48,963 bases of DNA from an uncultured Alphaproteobacteria bacterium (GTDB taxonomy: Bacteria; Pseudomonadota; Alphaproteobacteria; CAAHEQ01; UBA3637): NCBI GenBank assembly GCA_905236245.1, contig CAJOPC010000021.1:1-48963 (forward strand). Direction: 5' to 3'. Made by a program: the position numbers and the translations under genes. The notes under the pieces were generated by a model that saw only the letters and a list, made by a program, of their open reading frames with translations, searched no databases and was not told the DNA's origin. Position 1 is the stretch's first letter, and each line of letters starts with the position of its first letter. Of the stretch, positions 28,901 through 36,741 are shown one piece after another.

Positions 28901-29984
28901 AGCGGCTGGATCTGGTGATACACCTAATGGACTTGGAACAAACAATAATGGAACATTTGTGCCAAGCGCTGGATTTGCACCGTTCTATAATATGATGATG
29001 GATCCGGATAGCGAGATTGGTGCGGGTATGCGTAATTATTTTGCAAGTAGCATTGACCCAAATACTGGTAATACATCTTCTGATTATCACAACCTTGATT
29101 TTTACAAGAATATGAGTCCGGAGCAAAGGGAAGCCTTTGATAAGTGGTTTGGTGGTTTGTCTCCCGAAGAAAGGCAAGCTTTGCAGACTGCCGGTGTCCA
29201 AACGGATGGTCCAATGGGAACGAAAAAAACTGAAGATCCATTGATGGCCCAAACCGAATTGGATAAGAAGGGAATGGATGTTCCACATGAAGCAAAGGTG
29301 GCAGATATTATCCAGTTAGCCTTAGAAATCACGAATACTCTTATGACCGACAATGAATTCGATGAAGTTAAGAACGTCGAAATTGCGGCAGGTGATATTG
29401 GCGAGGCCGTTGGCCCTGTTGAACCGACAGCGTTGGCAGATTCTGATTCTGTGACTCCAAGTGGTCGAATCACCAGTGCGGCAAGTTCTGCAGCCACATT
29501 GTTGAAGATGAGTCCTGTTGACTTGGATCTTTTGAGCACACATGTTGCACAAGAGGAAGAGGAGAATAATACACCTGCTTTACAAACGGGTCTTGGCGGA
29601 ACAAGTCAAGGACAAGGAACCGGAGAGGATGGCACACTTAATCCACCTGCACCGACGCCCGTTGTGGACTCAGAATATGTGAAGGAGATTAAACGACGTC
29701 GGCTTGAATTATTGCGTCAAACAGTGAATAGAGTTATTCCGTTGGCTGAAGGCATGAATGCAATATCCAAAGATTACTTTGAACGTGCAGACGGTTTTGT
29801 GTCGGATTTGAAGCCGGTGGTGACACAGAATGGATCTTTGGGTGGAAATCAAGACGTGAGTCGGTTTGTCTTGTTTGAGAACTTGCGTGCCAGTGCGTTG
29901 ACAGGGGCTCAAATGAGTGTGCAAAGTGCTAGAATTTTGAATGAACAGGAGGTTGTAGATGAAACTACATCAAGCAATAATTAA
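25995..29984 (+). CDS. Large secreted protein (~1329 aa) with coiled-coil segment and VirB5/TrbJ-like C-terminal helical region
   Basis: GGAGG RBS before ATG 25995; signal peptide ending VWA; G/T/N/D-rich N-half, Ala/Lys/Gln heptads, C-terminus resembles the downstream paralogues. Confidence 0.7.
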   Translation: MQNFIRILLLGVAFVCGASCEVWAADSQHYVGLPRDGMLDIFADSDGHAIFTFHIGSTDQVFHTAAQAREALIDEYYGSREDRALRTFDALVSAYGLSPNDSSTQYFQPRDYTRTWTRDDNGQVVFETQLKSITIPGSAGGNSNGSSSDYTYMPGASWTSPSEVGSVGGGVLSAREAMKYSNIMGVAPRDPTQLSFGPVQGATDQFTGSLTELMGKPGGREYYHAVIAPQLGDMGITVLNNAANNTTYYAKKEDLPQLNGTLNQTIKIDGVPMQVGDLDTASIRSLAEASGMTYNNDTTSFKYNTDSLSGVTRNPGGDYSATVNGTEVSGISREMLPFSMAQTADDHFQAKVDQVGTAVPVTTADGRTTGWYDEKTKTITVGGQTYTGVIAEGDTFYGGNQTFQRAGEAAGYEVYDKFNTHVDPQNVSIRVVDGKPVAVDRLGQVMDGAHLVPKSLASEYSMDSYLVYDKDGGTWSIRGNDASGSLVPAQVLQYNPATNTFELSDAQRQLNAAHVANQNNYNAQMAKLGEQIKGAEDVLRFATVPEKNAEGQKTGGTTWLSDSDKETIRGFINNGNAAGLQEYFANNNPGLSEGDVKALVNAAASRATLDSLAKQPGVTQGDVPTMNFNSAIDNDLKKMQTLAGTVNGNDTLENRWNALTSLAGLANGYADPNSPTYNPSFNPNNMPSSIGSAMDASQYFFDTSGDTLKGANKTLWDNLRFGQNDYNQSGYYALNDQNRGIIDGRYMFDAREGSEFSKGLAKLGLKVVTPDGGDTWQFVAAGDYKDLGSAYMDYAAARNAYDALSGRGSMSQSTSTVGRLQNTIRDLENRLSEMPFFKNKDQKAQAAQLKQQLADAKKELAAAQGLVDTYKKDLNDPTNFSKYSELVGPMQAAQDRLAAAEAALKKNPNDPKAKQAVESAKKALEDAQNASKQNVQDLGAQHIAAEAANAAREKLIAESRNAANQTLAGAAGSGDTPNGLGTNNNGTFVPSAGFAPFYNMMMDPDSEIGAGMRNYFASSIDPNTGNTSSDYHNLDFYKNMSPEQREAFDKWFGGLSPEERQALQTAGVQTDGPMGTKKTEDPLMAQTELDKKGMDVPHEAKVADIIQLALEITNTLMTDNEFDEVKNVEIAAGDIGEAVGPVEPTALADSDSVTPSGRITSAASSAATLLKMSPVDLDLLSTHVAQEEEENNTPALQTGLGGTSQGQGTGEDGTLNPPAPTPVVDSEYVKEIKRRRLELLRQTVNRVIPLAEGMNAISKDYFERADGFVSDLKPVVTQNGSLGGNQDVSRFVLFENLRASALTGAQMSVQSARILNEQEVVDETTSSNN

Positions 29985-30939
29985 TGCCGTTTGTGGTGCT
30001 GCTTTATTGGGGATGACGGTAGCTTCACCGGTTCGGAGTTATGCTTCGACAAGTGAGAAAATGGCTGAGATTCAGGAAGTGTTCACTTATCTTTCTGCGG
30101 GGGTTACCATACTTGCGGCAGGAGTGTCTTTGGTAACTACAGCTGGATGTCCGCTCTTTTGGTGTACGGATTCTATGCCTATGAAGGATGGAATTGGTAC
30201 TGGTTCATTTAATATAGATATTGCCGGGGCCCTTGTGGATGCTGCTGCCATTTGGGTGACCTCAGAATCTGGAACCGAGTGGAAAGGTTTGGAAGATGGT
30301 TTGCAAGCTGCTGTGCGAAAAATCGGCGAAGCAGAGGATCTACAAGAGTCTGGAGTGGAAGAAGCCTTTGTTGATAAATCAGAAATTTTGGTTGAATCCT
30401 TAGATACGGCTGGTTTGGAAGCACTGGAAGATCCAAGCGGAAACATTCCTAAGACACTCGATGAGATTATCAGTTCTCCAGCGAAAATTCAGGATGCTTT
30501 TGGCACGGTATCAGTAAGTCAATTGCAATCGGGTAGTAGTAATGGTAGCAATAGTGGTAGTAATACGAATAGTGGTAGTAATGGAACGTCAACAACGACA
30601 GTGCCATCTAATACCAATTTACAAACAGGCGTGAATCCCGAAAATCTGACGGCTGAGGAGTTAGACTTATTAAGAGCTCGTAGGCGTGAGGCTCATTTAC
30701 AAAAAGTTGCAACTGCAGGTGCTGCTCGTGCTCATTTGATGAAGGTTATTGCTAAAAGAGAAAAAGAGGCAGTTGAGAAGATGAAAGAAGTCGGTAAGGC
30801 CGATGGATTGGTTGCAAATGTTAAGTTGGTGACGGCAGATGATTTATATTTGGGACAGTTGCAAAATACAATGAATTCAGTTTTGGGGCAAGAAGTTGCA
30901 AATGAGGCTGCTGCGGCCTTGCAGAGTATTGAAGAATAA
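29959..30939 (+). CDS. Secreted protein, putative VirB5/TrbJ-like paralogue 2
   Basis: Signal peptide, hydrophobic segment, CPLFWC, S/N/G linker and shared C-terminal helical region. Confidence 0.6.
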   Translation: MKLHQAIINAVCGAALLGMTVASPVRSYASTSEKMAEIQEVFTYLSAGVTILAAGVSLVTTAGCPLFWCTDSMPMKDGIGTGSFNIDIAGALVDAAAIWVTSESGTEWKGLEDGLQAAVRKIGEAEDLQESGVEEAFVDKSEILVESLDTAGLEALEDPSGNIPKTLDEIISSPAKIQDAFGTVSVSQLQSGSSNGSNSGSNTNSGSNGTSTTTVPSNTNLQTGVNPENLTAEELDLLRARRREAHLQKVATAGAARAHLMKVIAKREKEAVEKMKEVGKADGLVANVKLVTADDLYLGQLQNTMNSVLGQEVANEAAAALQSIEE

Positions 30940-30950
30940 AGGAGGAGAAA

Positions 30951-31772
30951 ATGCGTAGAAAGCTTTTATTATCGGTTGTGGTGAGCTGTTTTCTTTTTTG
31001 TTCCAGTGTAGGTTATGGAAAGGTTGTTTTCCCGACCGGCGGTTTAGTCCATTCGCAGATACAAGATCCTATTAGCGCATTGGTTGAGGCTTTATTTTTA
31101 GCCATACAGTATACTCGTAAAGATACGGAAATTGATGCGAGCGCAGGTATTAAAAAGATAAAGGATAACATTGGACAAGGTGATGGTCCGGGAATTTCAG
31201 CAACGGGAGCTTCAGGCGCTGATACTGTTACTGATGAAGAAGCAGCTGAGATGGTTAAGGCAGCAGAAGAAGAGGCTGCAACAGTTCCTAATTTGATTAT
31301 TGAACTGATTGAGAAAAAGGAAGCCGATTTTAAGAAAGTTCAAGCGGTTATTGCAGATCAAGCTTTTGTGCGCGATAGCGCTGAAGTTAATGCTGATTGC
31401 GAATGTGATAATGGTAAAAAAGGCACACAATGTAGCCCTGTAGATTGTGCTGTTGATCGTCAAAATGAAGATTTAATGACCGCCTCAACGGCAGCATCGA
31501 CATTAGCAGATAGCTTTTTCCAAAAGGGGCAAGATGAAAGTTATGAAAAATTACAAGGGTTGATAGACCAGATTAATAGTGATGAAACGCTGATTGATTT
31601 CGTCGCAGATATGGGTGCTGTTTCTGTTTATTCTTCGGATCAATTGGTGGATATGATTGAGTTGTATGCATATGACTTGGCAGCTCAATCCTATCGTAAT
31701 TTATCAACGGTTGGCGTTGCGGAAGTTGATGTCGCACAAGCTGTGAAAGGGGATGTAGATGATGATTCGTAA
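30951..31772 (+). CDS. Secreted protein, putative VirB5/TrbJ-like paralogue 3
   Basis: AGGAGG RBS, signal peptide, IQDP motif, YEKLQGLIDQINSDET resembling the VirB5 C-terminal helix-turn-helix. Confidence 0.6.
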   Translation: MRRKLLLSVVVSCFLFCSSVGYGKVVFPTGGLVHSQIQDPISALVEALFLAIQYTRKDTEIDASAGIKKIKDNIGQGDGPGISATGASGADTVTDEEAAEMVKAAEEEAATVPNLIIELIEKKEADFKKVQAVIADQAFVRDSAEVNADCECDNGKKGTQCSPVDCAVDRQNEDLMTASTAASTLADSFFQKGQDESYEKLQGLIDQINSDETLIDFVADMGAVSVYSSDQLVDMIELYAYDLAAQSYRNLSTVGVAEVDVAQAVKGDVDDDS

Positions 31773-32637
31773 TAAAACTTTTTCAGGTATTATTTTAGGG
31801 GCTCTTTTTATGTCCTCGCTTGTTTGGGCGACATGTCCACCGGAAGGTCGTCCCAAGATTGTGATGGCTCCGTGGGCTGTGACCGATCCAATCCGTAATA
31901 TAACGGGTGCAGTTTTGACGTTGATATCCATGGGTAAGCATCCAAAACAAGTTGCAAAGATTGTTGGACACCAACAGGAAGTAGATGCTTTGATTGATGG
32001 TGAGGAGTCTTATAAGGTTGAGGAAGGAACGGGTTCGGGATCTGGTCCTTTGGAAATTAGCGCCTATACATATATCAAAGAAAAGATTTTTGATAAGCAA
32101 ATGTATTCTCCTTATTCAAAATTGAATAATAAGATTAAACCTTTATTAGGAGGTAGTAGTTCTTCCGGTTCCGGGGAATCCGGTGGTTCATCTGGCTCTG
32201 ATGGTTCTTCGGGCTCTAATGGTTCTTCGGGTTCTAGTGGTTCTTCGGGTTCAAGCTCGGGCGTTTCAAATTCAAGATTGCGTGAAGTTATCTTAGAAGA
32301 ATTTTTCATCGAAAATTCGGCTAAAAATACCGAGGAAAATCGTAAGAAAGTTCAACGTAATCGGGATGATTATTTAAGGGCTTTGGGAACTGAATATACG
32401 CGTTTGTCCAATACTGTTCAATCAAAAATCGGAGATGATATGGCGGCTGTTGTCGCAGCAGTTAGTGGAGATGGTTCTATAGGAATTGTGTCTGGAACCG
32501 ATCAGAGTTGGAAAGCTATTAACAAAGCAGTTTTGGTGGATTTGGCTTTGCAAATTGAAATGATGGAATTGGAAGCGGCACGGTTCTTGTCTGTTCAACC
32601 TATTCCAATGATTGATAATCCAGAACAAGGGTCGTAA
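31759..32637 (+). CDS. Secreted protein, putative VirB5/TrbJ-like paralogue 4
   Basis: Signal peptide ending VWA, VTDP motif, Gly-Ser linker and shared C-terminal region. Confidence 0.6.
   Translation: MMIRNKTFSGIILGALFMSSLVWATCPPEGRPKIVMAPWAVTDPIRNITGAVLTLISMGKHPKQVAKIVGHQQEVDALIDGEESYKVEEGTGSGSGPLEISAYTYIKEKIFDKQMYSPYSKLNNKIKPLLGGSSSSGSGESGGSSGSDGSSGSNGSSGSSGSSGSSSGVSNSRLREVILEEFFIENSAKNTEENRKKVQRNRDDYLRALGTEYTRLSNTVQSKIGDDMAAVVAAVSGDGSIGIVSGTDQSWKAINKAVLVDLALQIEMMELEAARFLSVQPIPMIDNPEQGS
32185..32256 (+). repeat. 4 x 18-bp imperfect tandem repeat encoding GSSGSx
   Basis: ggttcatctggctctgat / ggttcttcgggctctaat / ggttcttcgggttctagt / ggttcttcgggttcaagc. Confidence 0.85.
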
Positions 32638-32647
32638 GGAGGATCAG

Positions 32648-33853
32648 ATGAAAAAGTTTTTAATTGGTTTACTACTTTTGGGCGTGAGCGTTTCTGCTGT
32701 CGCGGTGGATGAGCCGTACGATTCTCATGCGAGAGCTACAGGTTATAATATGGCCGCAGGAAAACAGCAGGGAACTGAATTGGGAAATAGAAATGATAAT
32801 CCTACTTATCGTAAAGATGATGATATCGCGGCTGGTATCAATATGGGGCTTGGTTCTATTTCCATGGTGGATTCTCTTTTGGGAATGTTTACTAAATTTA
32901 CAATAATGGGAAAACTTAATGAATGGGCTAAAGATGCCATTCAAGGTTTGATTTCTTCTGGAGAATCTAAGGCTGCTAACTGCCCGCTGTGTGCTACGAC
33001 ATTGGCAACGGAAGCAACAGGTGGCCCTGAAGATCCGGCTTATGCTGGGGCTTATGCTTCATTTTTGTTGTCTTGTGAGACAATGCCTCCTGTTATGTTA
33101 AAACCTGGTCCAAACGAGCAACATTCTTTTGAAGATACTGTTTGCCCGGTGTGTGTGGAATCTATTGGACATAAGTGGCCACCGATTCTTTTTGTGGCGC
33201 CGGATGTGATGGGTTTGGTTGTTTCAGGTGTAAAATTGCTCACAACACAATTTTTACAGGATGCTAATAAAGTTATTGCACAATTGGTTGGAGCAGAAGG
33301 CCATGTGACAGATAAATGGGTTGGTCCGCCATCTCGTAATACAGTTATTCAAACTATGGGCGAAGTTATTGCGGTTACTTCTCATACATTTGCTTCCTTG
33401 GGTTTTGATGCAAGTGAATACAAGGGAATAGAGGCTCCGGATAAAGCTTCTAGACGAGAATTATTTGAATATCGTTCTAAACAGATTGCCGAAGATCAAA
33501 GATCTTTAAAGAATGTGACACAAAAGAATTTGCGTTTGTTGTATCGTGCTCAACAACGTTCGGTAAAGGCTTTGACTCGTGCGATGGAATTAAAAAAGCA
33601 ATTAAATGTTTTGGCAGATGTGGATGCTAAGATTGATGCAAAATATGATAATTTGCCATCTTCTTTGTCGGCAGAAGCCAGTCGTCGGGCCTTGTTTGGT
33701 GCTTTGATGCAATTAAAATTAAGTATAGTGGCTGCGCGTACGAAAATGCGTTCAGAGGCTTTGGAATTAGAATTTAAACCCATGGTTAAACAAACAGAAG
33801 GTGTGAAATTAGCCACGGGAACTGCTGGGATAACAGACGGAGGCTCACAATGA
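32648..33853 (+). CDS. Secreted Cys-containing protein, putative VirB5/TrbJ-like paralogue 5
   Basis: AGGAGG RBS before ATG 32648, signal peptide AVA, CPLC and CPVC motifs, helical C-terminus. Confidence 0.55.
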   Translation: MKKFLIGLLLLGVSVSAVAVDEPYDSHARATGYNMAAGKQQGTELGNRNDNPTYRKDDDIAAGINMGLGSISMVDSLLGMFTKFTIMGKLNEWAKDAIQGLISSGESKAANCPLCATTLATEATGGPEDPAYAGAYASFLLSCETMPPVMLKPGPNEQHSFEDTVCPVCVESIGHKWPPILFVAPDVMGLVVSGVKLLTTQFLQDANKVIAQLVGAEGHVTDKWVGPPSRNTVIQTMGEVIAVTSHTFASLGFDASEYKGIEAPDKASRRELFEYRSKQIAEDQRSLKNVTQKNLRLLYRAQQRSVKALTRAMELKKQLNVLADVDAKIDAKYDNLPSSLSAEASRRALFGALMQLKLSIVAARTKMRSEALELEFKPMVKQTEGVKLATGTAGITDGGSQ

Positions 33854-35013
33854 AAAAATCATTCTTTTTGTTTGTTTGTTTAACTGCATTGGTTGCCGGA
33901 ACAGGACATGCGGCACGTTATGGGGTTACGCCAATGGTAGAACGTCAAATTGGCACGATAGGAAAGTATCTTCCTTCTCATAACGAGGCACTCGATAACG
34001 CGTTGACGGCACACAATTTGCTTAATAAGTTGCCGGAGTTACAGAAGGTGTCCGAGACAATGCGTACTTTGGGACTTACAACCAAAAAAATGCAAAAATA
34101 TTTTGATAGTTTGATGAAGTGTAATGAACAACGGTTTGCCGGACGTTTTAAGAATCCTCGGGCGATGGTTGATAAAGTGCGGCAGGAATATGCACAACGT
34201 GTTGACGCAATGCCAAAAGAGGCTGATTCGGATCCGGATAGTATTGTTCCGTTATCTATCAGACAACGTGATGAGCGTAGTAAGCGTAAGGCGCAGATTG
34301 AAAACGAGGTAATGACAGATGTTTTTAAAAATGGTGAAAAATATGGTGGTGAGATTATAGCTAAATCTTCTGCTGTTGCGCCCAAAGTGATGCCTCGAAA
34401 TTCCGAGTATAATGTGCTCCAAGAAATGGGAGATTTGGAGACGGGCTTGAATAATGCTAAGGTTGGTCAAGAACAGTTGGCATCCACGTTTAAGCGGATG
34501 CAAGACGATTTTTCTCGCCAACTTGAGAAATTAGGTTTGTCGTATCCGAATTTAGATCTGTCAAAGGGGGCTCAGGTTTTGTCAGTGCGTAAAGCGCTCA
34601 AAGAGGTGAAAAGTCGTTATCTAAACGAAGCTAAAGCATATATCGTGAAGTTGGACGAACAGGACGCGGCTCATCCAGATTTAGCTAAAGAACGTGAAGC
34701 GCGTTCTATGAATAAAGAAAAAGTTATGGCGCGGATGCAAGAGCAATTCCCGGAGGCTTTTTCTGAATTACAAAGTTTGGATTATCAAACCCCACAACAA
34801 CAGCAACAGTTGTTGGTTACGGCCTTGGAACAGGATAAGGAAGCCTTGGTGTATTTAACAGCTACAAATGCTGTAGAAGTAGATCAGCGCATGGCTGAAG
34901 GGCGTTCAAATCGAGCCATGGTCCAAGAGTTAGTCGATAAAGCCTTTAATTTGGTTGACGAAAATATGGAACAGGCGTTTGATTTTGATTTTAGTATGTG
35001 TCAATCAAGCTAA
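33850..35013 (+). CDS. Secreted all-helical/coiled-coil hypothetical protein
   Basis: Signal peptide ending GHA; ATGA overlap with the previous gene; charged helical sequence. Confidence 0.65.
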   Translation: MKKSFFLFVCLTALVAGTGHAARYGVTPMVERQIGTIGKYLPSHNEALDNALTAHNLLNKLPELQKVSETMRTLGLTTKKMQKYFDSLMKCNEQRFAGRFKNPRAMVDKVRQEYAQRVDAMPKEADSDPDSIVPLSIRQRDERSKRKAQIENEVMTDVFKNGEKYGGEIIAKSSAVAPKVMPRNSEYNVLQEMGDLETGLNNAKVGQEQLASTFKRMQDDFSRQLEKLGLSYPNLDLSKGAQVLSVRKALKEVKSRYLNEAKAYIVKLDEQDAAHPDLAKEREARSMNKEKVMARMQEQFPEAFSELQSLDYQTPQQQQQLLVTALEQDKEALVYLTATNAVEVDQRMAEGRSNRAMVQELVDKAFNLVDENMEQAFDFDFSMCQSS

Positions 35014-35030
35014 TTGACAAGGAGATTTGA

Positions 35031-35651
35031 ATGGCGCAGCAGTTGCAGTCAGCATGGCATTTGACGCGTTTGTTGATGGTATCGTGTTGGATTCTGTGGG
35101 TGTTGGTGTTTTTTGTGACTGTGACTCTTTTCCAGGCGGTCATACAGATTCATGTGGTTGCTCAGGTCGTTCGGCAAAACTCGATGTTTTTTGAGGATTT
35201 AAGCCAGGTCGTTCCGATTAATGCGGGTATTTGGACGCGTGTGGATGATATGTTGGTGCGCTTTTATTTGGAAATGCGTTATTCCATTATTCCGGATTTG
35301 GATGAAATGAAAAGACGGTGGGGAGAAGCAGGTATCGTATCATATTTGTCTTCTTCGTCGGCCTATAATGCATTTATGCCTAAACCCAATGAAATTTCCC
35401 AAATTGTTACGTCAACACCTCCGCGGGTTGTTGATGTGACGCGGGTGGAACGGCAAGGTGGTCGTTATTCTGTTGACTTTGATTTATATGAGTTTGATAA
35501 GATATCTAAATGGCGTAAAACAAGTAAGACGGCAACTTTGGACTTTACGTATGATCGTAGTAGAGTCTTGTTGGTTCCTGAGATGGGTAATCCCAATGGT
35601 TTTGTGATCACACGTGTCAGTGAATCTGAAGAAAAATCTGTGACGAATTAA
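35031..35651 (+). CDS. virB8: VirB8-like T4SS inner-membrane protein (copy 1)
   Basis: N-terminal TM, LVRFYLEMRY, VSYLSS..AY..F and C-terminal NPNGFVIT. Confidence 0.75.
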   Translation: MAQQLQSAWHLTRLLMVSCWILWVLVFFVTVTLFQAVIQIHVVAQVVRQNSMFFEDLSQVVPINAGIWTRVDDMLVRFYLEMRYSIIPDLDEMKRRWGEAGIVSYLSSSSAYNAFMPKPNEISQIVTSTPPRVVDVTRVERQGGRYSVDFDLYEFDKISKWRKTSKTATLDFTYDRSRVLLVPEMGNPNGFVITRVSESEEKSVTN

Positions 35652-35712
35652 TTTTTTTGTTGGATATTTTATTTTTATGTGTTAAAGTAGGAAAGGTATA
35701 GTAAGAGAGGTA

Positions 35713-35895
35713 ATGAAAATGAGAAAAGTTTTATTATTAGCAGTGGTTGTCGGAGCTGTTGTTTTAGCAGCATGTACATCTGTGTATGAAAAACCACCAG
35801 TTGGAATCGGAACAGAATATTCTGAATTAAAAAAGTCGCCTTGTGCTTGTTTAGAGCTGAAAAAGGCTCCAGAGGTGCCAGAGTGGTTCTCTTAA
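35713..35895 (+). CDS. virB7: VirB7-like small lipoprotein
   Basis: Lipobox LAAC, KSPCAC motif, position between two virB8 genes. Confidence 0.65.
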   Translation: MKMRKVLLLAVVVGAVVLAACTSVYEKPPVGIGTEYSELKKSPCACLELKKAPEVPEWFS

Positions 35896-35909
35896 AAAAG
35901 GGGGCCTAA

Positions 35910-36611
35910 ATGGCTGGTGAAACCACAGGACAACAAGGACATCACAAAATTTCTGCGCGAGAGGTATTACAGGAAGAAAGATACCTGTGGATGTCGCGCG
36001 CTTTTACAGTTATGGTCGTGTTGGCCATTATTTGTAATGTTATTTTGTTGATTGCTTTAGCTAATGTGACGCCGGTGATGCGTGTGCAGCCATTTTATTT
36101 GGAAATACAAGATAAAGATCATCAAGTTATCAATATTGTTCGGCCGAGTGCGGAGACTTTGGATTCCGATTTGTTAAAAGAATCTTTGTTGCGCCAATAT
36201 TTATTGGCTCGATTTGGAATGGGATCGGATTTAACCGAATTAGAAGAGCGTTGGGGTGAAGATGGAATTGTTTATTGGATGAGCGTTGATTCCGTGTTCT
36301 CACAATTTACAGAAGAAGCTCGTAAGTTATTGCGTTTGGCATATGAAGACAATTTGGTGAGAAGTGTGCGTATTTTGTCAGCAAAGAAGGCCAGCCAAGG
36401 TAGCACGGAAGGGGCTGCTGACGTGTGGGAAGTTAAATTGGAATTTCAAGATATAGACAGATCATCTGAAGAGCCAAAGTTTCGGTATTTTGTGGCAAAG
36501 GTTGAGGTTATTTTCCAACCGACACGGTCCGGTTTATTGTGGAGTCAAAGGTTGAAAAACCCGCTTGGTTTTACGGTAACCAGATTTGGTTTGACCGCTG
36601 TTGAAAAATAA
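35910..36611 (+). CDS. virB8: VirB8-like T4SS inner-membrane protein (copy 2)
   Basis: TM followed by P..RVQPF, LRQYLLAR, VYWMS..VF..F and NPLGFTVT. Confidence 0.82.
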   Translation: MAGETTGQQGHHKISAREVLQEERYLWMSRAFTVMVVLAIICNVILLIALANVTPVMRVQPFYLEIQDKDHQVINIVRPSAETLDSDLLKESLLRQYLLARFGMGSDLTELEERWGEDGIVYWMSVDSVFSQFTEEARKLLRLAYEDNLVRSVRILSAKKASQGSTEGAADVWEVKLEFQDIDRSSEEPKFRYFVAKVEVIFQPTRSGLLWSQRLKNPLGFTVTRFGLTAVEK

Positions 36612-36678
36612 AAATCTGATATATTTAAGCTAAGAAAATTTTTTCTTGTAAAAAACTTAAAAAAAACACTTTTTTTAC

Positions 36679-36707
36679 TGGACTTTCATTTCATTTTTAG
36701 ATAAGCT
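36679..36707 (+). promoter_or_regulatory. Putative internal promoter upstream of virB9
   Basis: TGGACT, 17 bp, TAAGCT in an AT-rich 130-bp gap. Confidence 0.4.
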
Positions 36708-36741
36708 GAAGTAAAGCGGTGTCTAGAAAAAAGGAGGACAA

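Noticed and set aside
32185-32256. CRISPR array
   Set aside because: Contiguous in-frame 18-bp coding repeats without spacers; no cas genes
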